Shown here: one piece after another, positions 11,292 through 24,406 of the stretch
Position numbering within the stretch: the stretch's first letter is position 1
How the letters are laid out: every line of letters starts with the position of its first letter
NCBI GenBank assembly: GCA_964019425.1
Contig: OZ025783.1
Location: forward strand, 372,001-436,000
Reading direction: 5' to 3'
DNA length: 64,000 nt
From: Flectonema sp. DT1601
Lineage: Eukaryota
The notes under the pieces: model-generated
What the model saw: only the letters and a program-made list of their open reading frames with translations
The model's database searches: none
What the model was told of the DNA's origin: nothing
Position numbers and translations under genes: made by a program

Positions 11292-14200
11292 TTACGTGGT
11301 AGGAGCATATGGATGTGTGTGAGGAATAATTGGTCGGTTTTGGGTGATGAATCTAACTTCATGTTTTCTAGGAGAAGGTGTCCTGTCACTACCCGGTGAT
11401 GTATTTCTTATTACAGTAGAAGGGCTCCTATCTGATAAAACTGCTTGGGTTGATGGAGACGCACACTTAAACGTCAACGGCACAGATGTCCTACTCACAG
11501 GTTGTTGAAGTGTGACACACAATGGTGGTTGAGGAGCAAGTTTCTTCTCAGCATCTCTATTAGCACGACTTAGTTCTTCACCAGCCTGCATAAGTTGCTG
11601 CAAGTCTGCTCTTGTAGGTGATGTTTTATGTTGTATTTGCTGGGGGTCAACAGTTCTACCTCCTGCCTGCTTAAGGGTCTTCATGAGTTCAACTTTTTCC
11701 ATTCTGAGTCTTGAGATTGCTGCTTTTTGTGACTGCTCCACTTGTTCATTACGCAGAGACTCTAGTTGCTGTTTGGTGGTTGGTTTTAGTTGTACTTTTC
11801 TCGTTCTAAATTTTAAAAAAAATAAACATTTCAATTCGAAAAGGAAATGTTAGAAAATAAGTTTAATATAAAAAAGATAAAAAAGATAAGTTATAAAAGT
11901 ACAATTGTTCTGATATTCCATAAAACACTTGTGGAAGAGCTGAGGAATTCGTCACATGATGTTAAAGGTGATTTCTACTACTTAGTGGATGGGATAAAGT
12001 CCTCATTATATTTGAATGGTGAGCTTTCACTAAGACAGGAAGTCCGGGGTGCTTATGTGCCAAAAATTAAATACTCAGGTAATTGAGAGATTCAACGCAT
12101 GGACTGCCACTTTCTATAGTGTTCAGTAGAACTCCTGAACGATCTGCAAGGGCAAGTGTCTCCGGATCAACGGGTGTTGGGTTCGTAGTTCCGGAGAGAC
12201 TAACTGTTGAAATGTTGGAAAGGTTGATTATTGCGTACGCCTGAAAAAAGAAAATATAAGTTCTGAAGTAGGTGGGATGTGTACCCTCCTCACACGTTGG
12301 AATTTTGATTCAAGTATAAGGAATCAGGAATTAGTGCGTAAGCAGTTGATGCAATACTGCGGTATTGGTATTATCGTCAACCAGGCAACAAAGACGAACG
12401 GATATGAGATGTTTACTACACGTAAGAAAATAAAAGAGACCCCGATGTACACGAATATTGGTATGAAAAGGCAAGGATTTCGTATACCATTTGAAAATGT
12501 AGGAGATTGGTCAGTTGTATATGAACTACCACTAGGGGTGAAAAACGCCATACCAACGAAGCGTTTAAAGCGTCTCGATTAAGAGAATCAGATGTAATAG
12601 TTAAGGTGGATGATATGCTGCAGCTAATATGTACGAAGGAGGGGTAACTGAAGTCCGTTTTCGTTGGCTCAGCTCCTCCACGGGGTGGTGGGGTGAGGAG
12701 GGTGGGCTTCGAAAACGTGAGTGTGAGAGAAAAAAGTGATCGAGCTGTATAAAGAATTTCTTTTAAAAATAGAAACTAAAGAATATATAAAAAGTGTCTG
12801 TAGTTTTGTTCATTTTCCCAACTTTGGAATCATACACTTTCCTGTCTGATTCTTTTGATTCTTTCTTTCCGGTGCTAAGCTTGGTGGAAGATTACCTGAA
12901 TGAATTCTAGTAATTGTCCTTCCATGCTTTGCACCTGTCGAAATAATAAAACTTAAAAAATACACACGCACCAAAAACAAGCGATTACACCAGAACGCGC
13001 GATTGCAAGAACACCCTGGTTCAAGGTGCCTCGCTGCGGCGGGGTAACTGAAGTCCGTTTTCGTTGGACTCAGCTCTTCCACAAGTGTGGAATACGTAGT
13101 TTCATGTCTTAATGTTACTCGAGCTAGAGACGCCGGTAAGCACTTTCAGAACAAAACAATCAGTACGCTTCTGCAGAACAGCGGTTGATCAGCTTCTTCT
13201 CCGTCGTCATGTCAAGTCTGAGTGTAATCTACACTTTTCGAAATGTATTCTCCTTTCGTCACTGCCAGACCAGAGTTTTGGTCAAAAAAAACCGCAACTA
13301 AAAAAGCATCAAGAAGCCGATCAGAAATACTCCGTCGATAAATCAAAGTTATCACCAACATGACACACTTGTTATTACGCTAAGTGTGATTCATATTTAA
13401 TGTTTCGGTTCGTTGAGTTCTGGGGACGGATTGCTTGCGAACTGACCATTCGGTAATTCAATTAATTATCTCAGCATTTAAAGACAGACTATCTGACAAG
13501 AACAAAGATAATTCCAAACTTGGGATCGACAGGTTGAAAACCCGATTTGTACAACCTACGATTGAGAAGTTGGTCACAAGGGCTATTCCCTACTGAAGAG
13601 TAGAAAACACTTCCGACAATGAAAGTATCAAAGATATTTGACAACAATCTTAGAGGATGACTTAGCTCAATAGACAACGTAGAAGGAGAACTGATTCCGA
13701 AATATGTAAATGTCATTAATTTATCAAGAATGAATACAGAGACGAAGAAAAGCCGACCATTTGAATTACTCGACTACAATACGTCCATGCCCTTGGCATT
13801 TAATGAGGGGGGGAAAAAACCTTATCATACCATTTCAGATATAGTAGCATCTCTTGTTGCAACCACCGCAAGTAGTTCCTCAACTTTAACTGACAGTTCT
13901 TGACACTGAATTGGATACCTCTCTGAGGAAGTAATAGTTTCCTTGAGAGATGTCTCACGTCGTAATGCTTCTTCCTGGTTTTTTTATTATTATCAAATTA
14001 AGGTTTATCCCAACACAATTTCAGAGTGATAAGAAAATAAAACAAACCAAGTCAATTGAAAGAGAAACTATTCTTGATTTCATTTGTTCGATGTGGTTTT
14101 TGTAGTCTAAATGGATACTACGCTCTAATTGAGAGCGGGAAGGTGAAGTAGTTGAAGAGTTGTGTGAGTTGAGTCGTTTTTCAGCATCAAGAGCTGCAGC

Positions 14201-14680
14201 AAGACCTTCTGCTTTCTGAGATAGAAGAGAATTGTGAAACTGAAGCGATTCATTAGATTCTGTTAATTGTGATAATTGATTAAGAAGAGATTGTTTATCG
14301 TTTGTTAACTCCTCGTAGTCGTGATCGATACCAATTTCTGATTCATGAATCTCATCCTCACTCTCTGGAGGAGGAGATGCTGGTGGTGATGCTGGAGTAG
14401 ATGCTGGTGGTGATGCTGGTGGCATCCAGTCTCTCCGTCCAACCGATTCATCACTCATTAAATCCCTTGCTGGTGATCCAGGTCTTCCCTTAACAGGACT
14501 TCCTTCAACAGCTGATCTTAACGTCGGTTGTAAACCTCCCGATGTGATTGCACTCAGTTCACTTTCATCTAAATTATCAGTCGTCTTCCCAACGATGTCA
14601 TTAAAACCATTTAAGTGTCTTCCCAATACTTTTATTGGACTGCATTGGAATGCGGGAATACGTTCAACTTCAACATCCAT
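11292..14680 (-). CDS. Coiled-coil hypothetical protein; exons 14680-14048, 13974-13831, 11768-11292
   Basis: Phase-0 GT-AG junctions give a continuous coiled coil. The ~2-kb second intron (11769-13830) is inferred. A possible further donor (GTAAGT) lies at 11295. Confidence 0.55.
12641..12681. repeat. ~40-bp hairpin repeat, copy 1
   Basis: ggggtaactgaagtccgttttcgttgg(a)ctcagctc; near-identical copy at 13041-13082. Confidence 0.85.
13041..13082. repeat. ~40-bp hairpin repeat, copy 2
   Basis: Matches 12641-12681; minus strand folds AGCUGA-GUCC / GGAC-U-UCAGUU. Confidence 0.85.
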
Positions 14681-15334
14681 ATCAATATTCTTATTGTAAT
14701 AAAAGATATTAGTAAACACAAAGTAAATCATAAACATGTACAAACATAACAGGGAAACTAACTAAACTATTATTACTTCACAATATGACAGTCAGATTAG
14801 ATCAGAAAAGAGACGTGAATTGCCCAAACCCACTGCATGCAATGAAGCAGGTGGTATAAGAGACGGTTGATAACATTATGCGCTTGTCGAATAGCCTACT
14901 AGAGAGAGAGAGAGAGAAGAAAAAAAACTAAAACCACAATATCCTAAACAACCAAACCGTTAATTAATTTAACGAGTACAAGGAAGGTAAAACCATAAAT
15001 AACAATACGATTTTTTTTTTTTTTTTTTTTTTTGATAAGAAAATAAAATTTATTTTCTACGTACGAAAAAAAGAAACTTCGATACTACCACTTTTTATTT
15101 ATTCATTTTTTATTTTTATTTTTTTGAAGGGCAAGCAACGACTAAAATGACAATATAAGGTATTAAATACTGGAAGAAGAAGAGAAAAAAAAAGAAACTG
15201 ACATAACTAACTTTTTTAATAATACAATAATAAATACAAAAAAAAAAAAAGAAAAGAAAAAAAAAAAGATATATAAAAGAAGGCAAGCATACACAAAACA
15301 ATAAGCATCTAAGGAGGCAAGGGGATATAATTCG

Positions 15335-18300
15335 CTAATTCGCTGCTAATGTACTTGGTAGGACCACACAAGACCAGGGGCAAACAGAATGCGCCCACGA
15401 CACCCAGTCATCTCTCTGAGACACGGTATCACATACAAAAGTATATCTGATTGGTGAAGCTGGGGGATCGACAATTACAATAAAGAATGCTGATCCCGCA
15501 TTCGGGTGATGAGCTGGTTCTGCACCACAGCGATCAACAACAGACATCGGAAATGATAAAACTGTTGAACCATCCAAAACGGAAACGACTTTGAGAGATG
15601 AATTATCCTCCGTGGATTCGATCATTGACGAGACTGATCTTGAACCGTCTCCTTGAATAGAAAATGTGACTCTTGTTTTTGATGGTCGTATCTTAATAGA
15701 TGTTTGAATCTCACCAGGTGAAACATCTCTACGAGGTGTGATTCTTGTTTTTGGTGTAGTGTGTGATGACAAGTGAGCATTTGACTGATCTAACGCACGT
15801 TTAACACATCCTTCAAACCGAACTCCATTTGATGATCCAAACAAAGGTGATGATGTAGATGGAGAAAACCCACCTGAAGAAGGAATAAACATCAATTTAC
15901 TTGGAGACGTTGGTGTGAATGGTTCTCTCACTCCTCTATAAAGTGGATTACTACTACTTGACCATGGTTCCGGATCTGATAATATACCAGGTCTGCTCTT
16001 TCTTGGTGGAGTTCTATTTATCCTAGCAAGAATAGCATCAGTATTCTCACCTATACCTTCAACTGGATGAATATTCCTCACAGCATCTAATACTTCATTA
16101 GTGCACTGCGCTGATCCGTCAGCCATTTCTATAGCTCTCTTCAGTCTTTGTGCTGGACTTTTGATCCAAGGTTGTGTCCTTCCTGATATTACATCCTCAG
16201 CCTGTTTATAATTGATGATAAAAAAAAAAAGAAAATAGAAATGAGAGAGAGAGAGAATACGGTTGATAAACACAACAACATACATCCGCAGCGATTATTA
16301 TTAGTCTACTTAGATGGTCGATAACTAACCACTCAATCTGAGCAAAATGAACCTGTATTGTTAAAGTTTTTCATAGAAAGAAATTCATACAGGCCATCAT
16401 ATTTATAAAGTGTTGTCTTCACATACCTGACACCTTATAAGTTGATCTCCCTCTACACCCTTTGGGGTATGTACTTTACCATAGTGGTCAGTTGATTCAG
16501 GGATGCTAGAATGAAGCTGTGTTGTTTAGTTTGTAAAACGTAGAAATGCATTTAACACGGAATTCTTTTGGCTGTAAAACAGCATCAAAGGTAGAGAGAT
16601 CGCTTCTCTAATGAGAGTGATTGCATACGGGGAATCTTTGAGCTTCCAAGGACTCAGTTTTTAAATCAGCTGTCGTGTAATCGACTTCTGAATGATCTGA
16701 AGATGGTGATCTCGCTGTTATGCTGTAACTTTGTTTTTGAAAAGTCTTGGAACTGGGATTCACCATCTCAGGTGGGGAGTAATGCTTTGGACTTGGTGAC
16801 AGGTGTAGTTCATGATGAACTGGCTCACCATCTTTTACAACAACGAACGTCTCAACTTCTTCAGGCTGGATGAGAGCATCTTCAAGACTTTCTACTAAAG
16901 GAGACTTCGACATTGAACTCCCCTTAAGCAAATATGCAACTCTGAGAATCAAAAACAACGCAGCCGGTATGAAGAAATAATAATCATAAATCCCCAAACA
17001 AACACACAACCAACACAGATCACCAGAGGTGAAAGATATTTTTCCAAAAAATGATAAGTTCGACCACAATTGCTTTAGTCCAGTAGTTGGATTTGATGTA
17101 ATCACCTTACTGGTTGATAACCCATACTCATTTGGGATTCTATATAAGAATGAAACTATCATCCAAATTATAATAATAATCGCTGATATCAATCGGAGAT
17201 AAATAGAACCATCGATATGAGGATGGTCTCTGTGTCCATCTGCCTTATCCAACCCACTTCCTAATAAGTTCCAAGAAACAGCTTGAATTACAATAACAAC
17301 ACAGCACAACACATTACAATACTTTAGTGAAAAAGGTTGTAATCTGATTGTTAATACTAATAATAGCAGTAATGCGATTCCTGATAAATAACGCTGAGCA
17401 GAACATCCGGAAACCCCAACAACCTTAAACGGAACTATCACACAGAGAAGTATCAAAAATCCAATGTACCAGGGTGAATATGAATTGTTAAACACAACCA
17501 AACGTTTAAACCCCATGCTGTGAGGATAGTGTTGCCCCAGTGCCAACAAGTGATACGGCTGAACATCACGACCATGGGATGCCATTAAAACAAGCCATAA
17601 TAACCACACTGTGATAATAATACATCCTAAGGCAACAGCCCATTGACCCTCATTTGATGATATCAGCGAAACAGAACAGTAAACAGTTCCAGGTAAGAGT
17701 GATAGCATAACTCTTATACAAACATGAGGAAATCCAGTGATGCATTTTAACTCAGTCATGCTTTTATCAGGAAAGTAATGCGCCAATATTATTATAAACA
17801 AATGCTGTAAAAGAATACAACCGAGTACAAGTGACGTGTTTGACACTATAGCACCTGCCATCATACTGCCACCAACTGATAAGCGAGTAGGATGGAATAC
17901 TAATGGTGGATCATCAGTACTAGATCCACACTGTGTTGAGTGTAGTAGACTATTATATGAAGCAGCGAATACCGTATGACCGTTCGCTAGTGCAATCACT
18001 TCAAGTATCTCAGAAACATCACTAATATCATTTAAAGGAGGATTACAAGATGGAGTTCTCAATCCAATCTTTTGATGAGACCCGTCCAAACAACTACAAA
18101 CAAAATCACCCTTCGCATCGAAATTATTATCAACACACAACTGATTACTACCACATGGTGATGCTTCACATTCATCTGATGCCTCTGTCGCTCTAATTCG
18201 ATACTCAACCCTCTGAACTCGAACACCAGCAATAAACATCCCATTTGATACTGACAGTGAGACCTTTTGTTTCATGACTCTGTAAGTTGCAACAGGAGCG

Positions 18301-18722
18301 TGAATCTTTAGCTCAATATTATAAGGAACAGTTGTACTGTTGCTGCCTTCTGTGATTGCGGATTCGTCAACTGATGTGATTTCGGATAGTTTTTGAGCGG
18401 CTTTCATAGGAAAACCGTCAAGTAGCTCATCTGGGCTGGTAGGCAGACCCAATACGACTCCGAGGTAGTCAGCTTCAACGTCATCCGGGACGAGAGTTGG
18501 AATTGAAGTTGGAATTGAAGTTGGAATTAAAGTTGACTGACCAACTGATGGAATATCAGTTTCATTATTTATAACAACGAGTGGAATATCTGTTGTAGCG
18601 TTCGTAGCATTTCCTGGGACAGCTGTAGTTGGTACCGCAGTCGGTGCCGTGGTCGGTGAATTAGTAGCTGGTGGAGCGACACTCAATCCAGCTACCATTA
18701 ACAAAAGGGCAGCACTCCACAT
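15335..18722 (-). CDS. Multi-pass membrane protein: signal peptide, mucin-like stalk, EGF-like domain, many TM helices, C-terminal PH-like domain (exons 18722-16629, 16516-16427, 16352-16284, 16201-15335; ~1039 aa)
   Basis: CEASPCGSNQLCVD..DFVCSC EGF-like motif. Three phase-0 GTATG..CAG introns join the 704-aa and 316-aa ORFs through two stop-free small exons. YTFVCDTVSQRDDWVSW is PH-like. Confidence 0.75.
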
Positions 18723-18942
18723 TTTAAAAAGAAATTGCCACCCTGTTTTCTGAGAACAAATTATTAATCAAAAAGGGTTAACACACAACAATATCAACAC
18801 AAAACTGTAAAAGATAAAAGAGCTGTTTCAATATAATTAGATCTCCTGTTGAAACAAAAAGAATTAACCAAGACAAATGACGAATATCATAACGTAAGAA
18901 TAATACCGCAATAAGAAGTGTAAAAGATAACACGCTCGGAGG

Positions 18943-19203
18943 TCAATTCATTATACCGTCACCAGGAACATGGAGCTCAGCGCTTAAGGTTTCAGGGTGT
19001 TTCTCCACTGTTCGAAGACCATAATGACTGTTTTATTGTTCGAGTTGTGTTTTTTTTTCTCAAAAAAGAAAAAACCTCATCACCCCAACATACCTCATGT
19101 TAGAAGAACTCATGACAGGACCAGGGCAGTCTTTATATCCTGAACGCCAACAATTCTGCATCAAACCTTCATTCTTCAGCTCTGTGGCCCCTGAACCAGA
19201 CAT
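18943..19203 (-). CDS. Small 64-aa two-exon protein (exons 19203-19094, 19027-18943), absent from ORF track
   Basis: ATG follows an AAAACAG acceptor. AG|GTATGT...AAAACAG intron 19028-19093 gives MSGSGATELKNEGLMQNCWRSGYKDCPGPVMSSSNMSHYGLRTVEKHPETLSAELHVPGDGIMN*. Confidence 0.6.
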
Positions 19204-20242
19204 TGTTAATGTGTAAGTCTGTTTTAATGATTGATTATAATTTATTATAAAAAATTGAAAAAAAAAAAAAACAGTTTCCTCCGTTTATTCCTTTGGTAGG
19301 GTGTAAACCCTTACAGAGAGTTCATCTATAGGTGTTTATCTTTATAGGATCGTCTGTGTAAAAACTTTCAAGACTAGTTGAATCATCATCTAAAACACAC
19401 TGGTGTACATTGATAGGCATTTATAACCGTTGCTTCGGCATTTGTCTTGGATTACATCATCGTGACATTGTTTCCATTTTGATGCGCTGTGCATTTTACA
19501 TTGGCTCTGAATGCATTTTCTCTGAACTTCATCAGCTTTTTGCATACATATATCTGCCTGACTGCGGGTCATATCTGTGTTGCGTGTTCCTCGAGTAAGG
19601 AACCCCAACTGAATGAAAAAAATGAAGTTTTATGTGGAAATCTAATTTCACTATATCGGAGCATTGCCAAACATATGTAAGGCAAGTAACGCTTCTTCAT
19701 TTAGAAACGACCACTCACAAGTTCGTGCGTGTTGTCATTAGTAACAAGTAGTAAGTGTAATAAGCTACAGAAAGGAAGAAAGAAAAGGAATTGAGGAGAA
19801 ATTTTATATTTTTTATAGTTTTTTTTTTTTTCTTCTTCTTGTTTAACCACGAAATGAAAAAAAAAAAAAAACACACAAATCAGAATCAGCAACAGACAAC
19901 ACATTATATTCAATACAATGAGTAAGAGATGTAATCGACTCACACAAAGACTTCCAGAAAATAGTTTTCTGCAGGTGATAAAATTAATATTTCCTTTGTC
20001 ATTGTCGCTCGATTTTGTTGTTTTTATTTTTTATCACACATTCTCAACAGGCCCTGCCCATCACACACCCGATGAATGTCGCACACAATAATGGAAATTA
20101 AAAAAAGAGAAATCACTTTTTGTTTTGTTTTGTTTCTTTGTTTAAAGTATGCTTGTAGTGGACAAAATTAACACCCATTTCCGGTCACAATTAGATATGT
20201 TGTTGAAACACACACAGCCTAAGGCTAGTGTTCAATACTATT

Positions 20243-21418
20243 TCAGAGACGAGCATTTGGAGATCTGTGAAAGGTCTCAAGTTCAGAATCAGAAATTCCA
20301 AACGATTTCGCGGTTTTAAATAAGTTTTCCCAAACCGATCTGGGGACAGGAATTCCTAATCGAGTTCTCTCTTCTCTTGTTTCTTGTTCCATATCTCCAG
20401 GAACGTATATTGGGACTTTCGAATCAGCTCTGCGAGAATTCCTGATGTATTCTAAGAAAGTATTAGCCATCAATCTATCTCCATGCATCTTATCGATATT
20501 AAATATGATTGCGAGAGCGGAGTTGCAAGGGGCTTTGTCATCATCAGTACTATATTTCTGATGATCAGGATGAGTTGTTGCACCACCGGTAAGCGCACCA
20601 GCAAGAAGTTCTATCGCTATCATTAGACCACTTCCTTTATGTTCTCCAAATGGTAAGAGAGCACCTGGAACACTTCCTAACATATCAATTGGATTTTGAG
20701 ATGGTTTTCCATCTTTATCAAGGAATAGGTTTGGTTCAGATGTTGTAATTCCCTTGGCTACCATATTCTTTATCTTTCCAAATGAGACCTTACTTGTGGC
20801 GAAGTCAAGCAAGAAGGGATTTCCATGATTTGTTGGGAAGGCAATACAAAGAGGATTGGTACAACAAACTGGTTCTGATCCACCGTGAACAGCAACAAGA
20901 GGTCCATGATCACTTACTGCAGCCATTAATATAGCAGCAAATCCCTTTTCTGTAACGATCTCACCATATGTTCCAAGTCTACCAACGTGACCTGATTCTC
21001 TAAAAGAGACTAGTGAGATTCCGGTCTTTTTTGCTTCATCGCATCCAATTTCAATCGCTTCTCGAAATGCACGTTGTCCAAATGCTCTGACGTGTTTGCC
21101 TTCTTTAGTTGTAATAAATCCGTTACAGACAATCATATGGTCCTCTTTGTGTTGTGTTGGCATTCTTTTTAACGGAGTGTTCACACCGTACCTACCGGTC
21201 CTTACTGCTGCTGCATACATAGGTATTAACATAACACCATGACTGTCGTGGCCAGTTAAGTTTGCTCCTACTAAATGATGTGCAAGAGCTGCTTGTTCTT
21301 TCTCATTACTACCAAAAGCTTTGAATATCAAAGTCACAAACTCACTGAGTTTATTTGGAGAGACTCTGATTGGTACATCGCCTTGTTTACCAAATGAATG
21401 AACCTGTTCGGATGACAT
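20243..21418 (-). CDS. Ldh_2 family (malate/L-lactate-type, YbiC/HcxB-like) dehydrogenase with PTS1 -ARL
   Basis: HLVGANLTGHDSHG, GHVGRLG, TNPLCIAFP, LLDFATS, PFGEHKGSGL and IYVPGDME; intronless. Confidence 0.9.
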   Translation of the reverse strand: MSSEQVHSFGKQGDVPIRVSPNKLSEFVTLIFKAFGSNEKEQAALAHHLVGANLTGHDSHGVMLIPMYAAAVRTGRYGVNTPLKRMPTQHKEDHMIVCNGFITTKEGKHVRAFGQRAFREAIEIGCDEAKKTGISLVSFRESGHVGRLGTYGEIVTEKGFAAILMAAVSDHGPLVAVHGGSEPVCCTNPLCIAFPTNHGNPFLLDFATSKVSFGKIKNMVAKGITTSEPNLFLDKDGKPSQNPIDMLGSVPGALLPFGEHKGSGLMIAIELLAGALTGGATTHPDHQKYSTDDDKAPCNSALAIIFNIDKMHGDRLMANTFLEYIRNSRRADSKVPIYVPGDMEQETREERTRLGIPVPRSVWENLFKTAKSFGISDSELETFHRSPNARL

Positions 21419-21952
21419 ATTATTTTTTTAAGACGGCTGTGAAATTATTTAACTTAAAGTTTGATATCAGAAACACAAAGCCATTACGTATATCATTCTA
21501 CACAGCTTAGTCATGAAAAAATAAAGAACACTTTAATAGAATGAAGCTTTTAATACAAGGCTGGGTTATTGAACAAAAACAAGGATAAAGGGGGAAAGAC
21601 AGCAGCGGTATGCATCCATATAGCTTTGGTAATTGTTTTGTTAGGGTTCACAAATAAAATCAGAAACTGCAAGTATCTAATTAAAGTGATTTCAAGACAT
21701 TATTGCCTTACACAATGTTTGCACCATATACACGAATCTGGTTAGGTCGTGAAAGCCAAAAAAAAAGAGGTAGTAATCACAAAATAATATTAAGTGACTG
21801 TGAAGGTTCCGATTGAACTTAATTAGTCAGAATGGTCACAACGTAACAAAACGAAAAAAAAAAAAGAAAAAGCGAAGGAGACAGTGTCCCAAAATGACGT
21901 TTCCTTAAATTAAACAAAAGATGAATAACAGAAAGGGATAATATGCCACCAA

Positions 21953-23275
21953 TCACAAGTGATGGTGTCCTCCAAAAAATGGAAATTTGAAACCCCTTTC
22001 TGGATCCCTACCCTTGCCGCCTTTGGTGTTGTCGGTGGTGGTGTTTCCTTCGTATTTCGATCTGCGTTGGCGAGTACTCCTCCCACTCTGAGATTGTCGA
22101 GAACTGGTATCGCTAAACTTATTTACATCACTATCGAAGACCTCAGGGTCGAGATGTTTACTTTCAGTTACTACTTTATGAACTGTTGCTAAGAGAGTGT
22201 GTTTCTTCCTTGCTGGGGTTGAGTAGTTATGAGATTTCTGTGTAGGCAATCTATCATTATGAATAGGAATCACTGTTTCACGAATATCACGAGGCTTTGA
22301 CAACCCAAGAGCTGATTTCATACTCACCGATGACGATGACGATGATCTGCTTGAGCTAGAACTAGATAACGTCTCACCACATGTACTACAGTACTCCGTC
22401 GAGTAACTAGCCGTCTCTGTAGTCACCGCATCCCCAAAAATTTCAGGCTTCCCAGCAAAGGCTGCCCGTTTTTGTGGTGCTGGGAGAGGTATTCCTAGTA
22501 AAGCACTCAGTTTCTTTATCTTTTTATTTTGCCTGCTACTTCTTCTGGTTGAATTTTTATTTAATTCGACGTATCGTATATTTTCATCCTGAATCTCCTT
22601 AAGTTTTCCACTTATCAGCTGAAGCTGTCGTTGATATTCTCGGAGACGTTGTTGGCGGGCTGATGTTGTGGTTCCGTTTTCACGAGATCGTCGTGAGATA
22701 TATGTTTCCCATGAGTCCTCTAACCCATCGACGTGTTTCTGCATAGTCTCTTTAGCATCCCTTAGACTCTTCGCTCTGACGTATAAGACTTGACTAAGCT
22801 CTTTATCTTTATAATCGTATTGAAGAGCCAACAGTTGTAGTTCTAGTTGAAGTTCTCTAAGAACACCTGCGTCACTTTGCATTGATTGTTCGATCTCTTC
22901 CGCGTTTTTATTATTCTTTTTAGCACTTTCAGCATGTTCTTTCGACTCTTCCTCTGCTTGTCTGCGACGTTCAGTCGCTTCGTTTAACAATTTCAATAAA
23001 TATTCTCGGGACTGTCGTTGTAGAAGAGCTCGGTCATCATCTTTTGAAGCTCCCTTATAGTCAGCAATTAAATCATCAAAGCGATCGGCTTCATTTGGAT
23101 GATGATGATACATAAACCCATAGTCTCTTGCTTTTAATCCCCGTGGATTACGAGGTGGCTTCAACACATCAGGTATCGACTCAGCAGGTAGCGATCTTGG
23201 AGACGACACCCCACTTGTTGGTGTCGTCGGTGCTCTTCCGGGAGTTCCAGGCAATCGCTTACTACTTCGACTCAT
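21953..23275 (-). CDS. Hypothetical coiled-coil protein
   Basis: 440-aa ORF with a charged helical centre and an S-rich tail. Confidence 0.75.
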   Translation of the reverse strand: MSRSSKRLPGTPGRAPTTPTSGVSSPRSLPAESIPDVLKPPRNPRGLKARDYGFMYHHHPNEADRFDDLIADYKGASKDDDRALLQRQSREYLLKLLNEATERRRQAEEESKEHAESAKKNNKNAEEIEQSMQSDAGVLRELQLELQLLALQYDYKDKELSQVLYVRAKSLRDAKETMQKHVDGLEDSWETYISRRSRENGTTTSARQQRLREYQRQLQLISGKLKEIQDENIRYVELNKNSTRRSSRQNKKIKKLSALLGIPLPAPQKRAAFAGKPEIFGDAVTTETASYSTEYCSTCGETLSSSSSSRSSSSSSVSMKSALGLSKPRDIRETVIPIHNDRLPTQKSHNYSTPARKKHTLLATVHKVVTESKHLDPEVFDSDVNKFSDTSSRQSQSGRSTRQRRSKYEGNTTTDNTKGGKGRDPERGFKFPFFGGHHHL

Positions 23276-23655
23276 TTTATTATCCTTTGATGGGATATTT
23301 AAAGAGAAAAGAATATGATAACAACAATATTAACAGAACACAAAAAAATTCTCACTACTTCCTATTCCCCAATGACCAGTACTTCGTACCGATTTATAAA
23401 ATTAAAACTTTACTAAAAAGTGTTGGTGATTTTTTTTTTTTTTTTTTTTACTTTTTCGATTCTGAAAAAAAATAGTAGCAAAAAGATGCCACAACTAGGT
23501 ATAAAACTGACGGAAAGAAGAAAAAAAAAGGAAACATTAAAACTAAAATAGCAAGAAGGGAAGGGCTATAAATACTTGTAGCTACACGTATCCAGTGATT
23601 CTGAACACAGCGGGGATGACATCAATTCATCATTTCCGTAGCAAATCCAAGAAAC

Positions 23656-23687
<32 letters not shown>

Positions 23688-23822
23688 CATTCAGATAGTA
23701 GTAATACCGAGACACACAACGATTTTCGTTCGGTGCAGAAAAAAAAAGAAAAAAAAAACTTGGCTATTCCAAGTTGAGATTCCCAAACCCGATGCAACAA
23801 AAAAAGAAAAACCAAATATAGT

Positions 23823-24211
23823 GATACGTTGTTTTTGTGTTACACAGATGCTTCATTAATCTATTGTGTTCTTTTAGTTTGTAGTGTTTGGAGTAGGCAT
23901 GGTATACAAGAAAAAAGAAAACAACTACCTGTCTAGAATGAAGGACCTATCGAGCGGCCCCTACTGACTGTTAGATAAAGCTTAACAACATCACTCCACA
24001 CGAATTTAGAGCGTTGTCTTACTTCGAGTTTACCATTCACAGAAACGGTTGTTTTGATATTAATAAAAGAAAACTAAATACAGGGATACGTTGTTGTTTT
24101 TGTGTTACACAGATGCTTCATTGATCTATTGTGTTCTTTTAGTTTGTAGTGTTTGGAGTAGGCACGGTATACAAGAAAATAAAAAACAACTACATGTCTG
24201 GCAGGAAGGAC
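23823..24211. repeat. Two ~125-bp direct repeats (23823-23946, 24085-24211) around a ~135-bp spacer
   Basis: Near-identical gatacgttg...cacagatgcttcatt...ggagtaggca.ggtatacaag...gaaggac. Confidence 0.9.
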
Positions 24212-24406
24212 GAGTAAACAGTAAACAAGACATCGATTCGGCGTAGTTATTTTATAGTTTTAGAAATCGATTATTATTATTATTATTACTTTCTTTGATT
24301 TTTTCAATTTTTTTTTTTTTTAAAAAAAAAATTGAAAAAGTGAAAAGAACATAATTTTCTCAACAGCTCACTGTTTCTATTAAACAAAAATAAAATAAAA
24401 AGAAAG

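Noticed and set aside
13585..13615. Other CUGANGA hits (also near 11940, 33585, 58322)
   Set aside because: No matching stem II/GAAA/GUH arrangement.
19390..19608. Cys-rich 72-aa ORF
   Set aside because: TTG start and no convincing upstream exon found; possible exon but unsupported.
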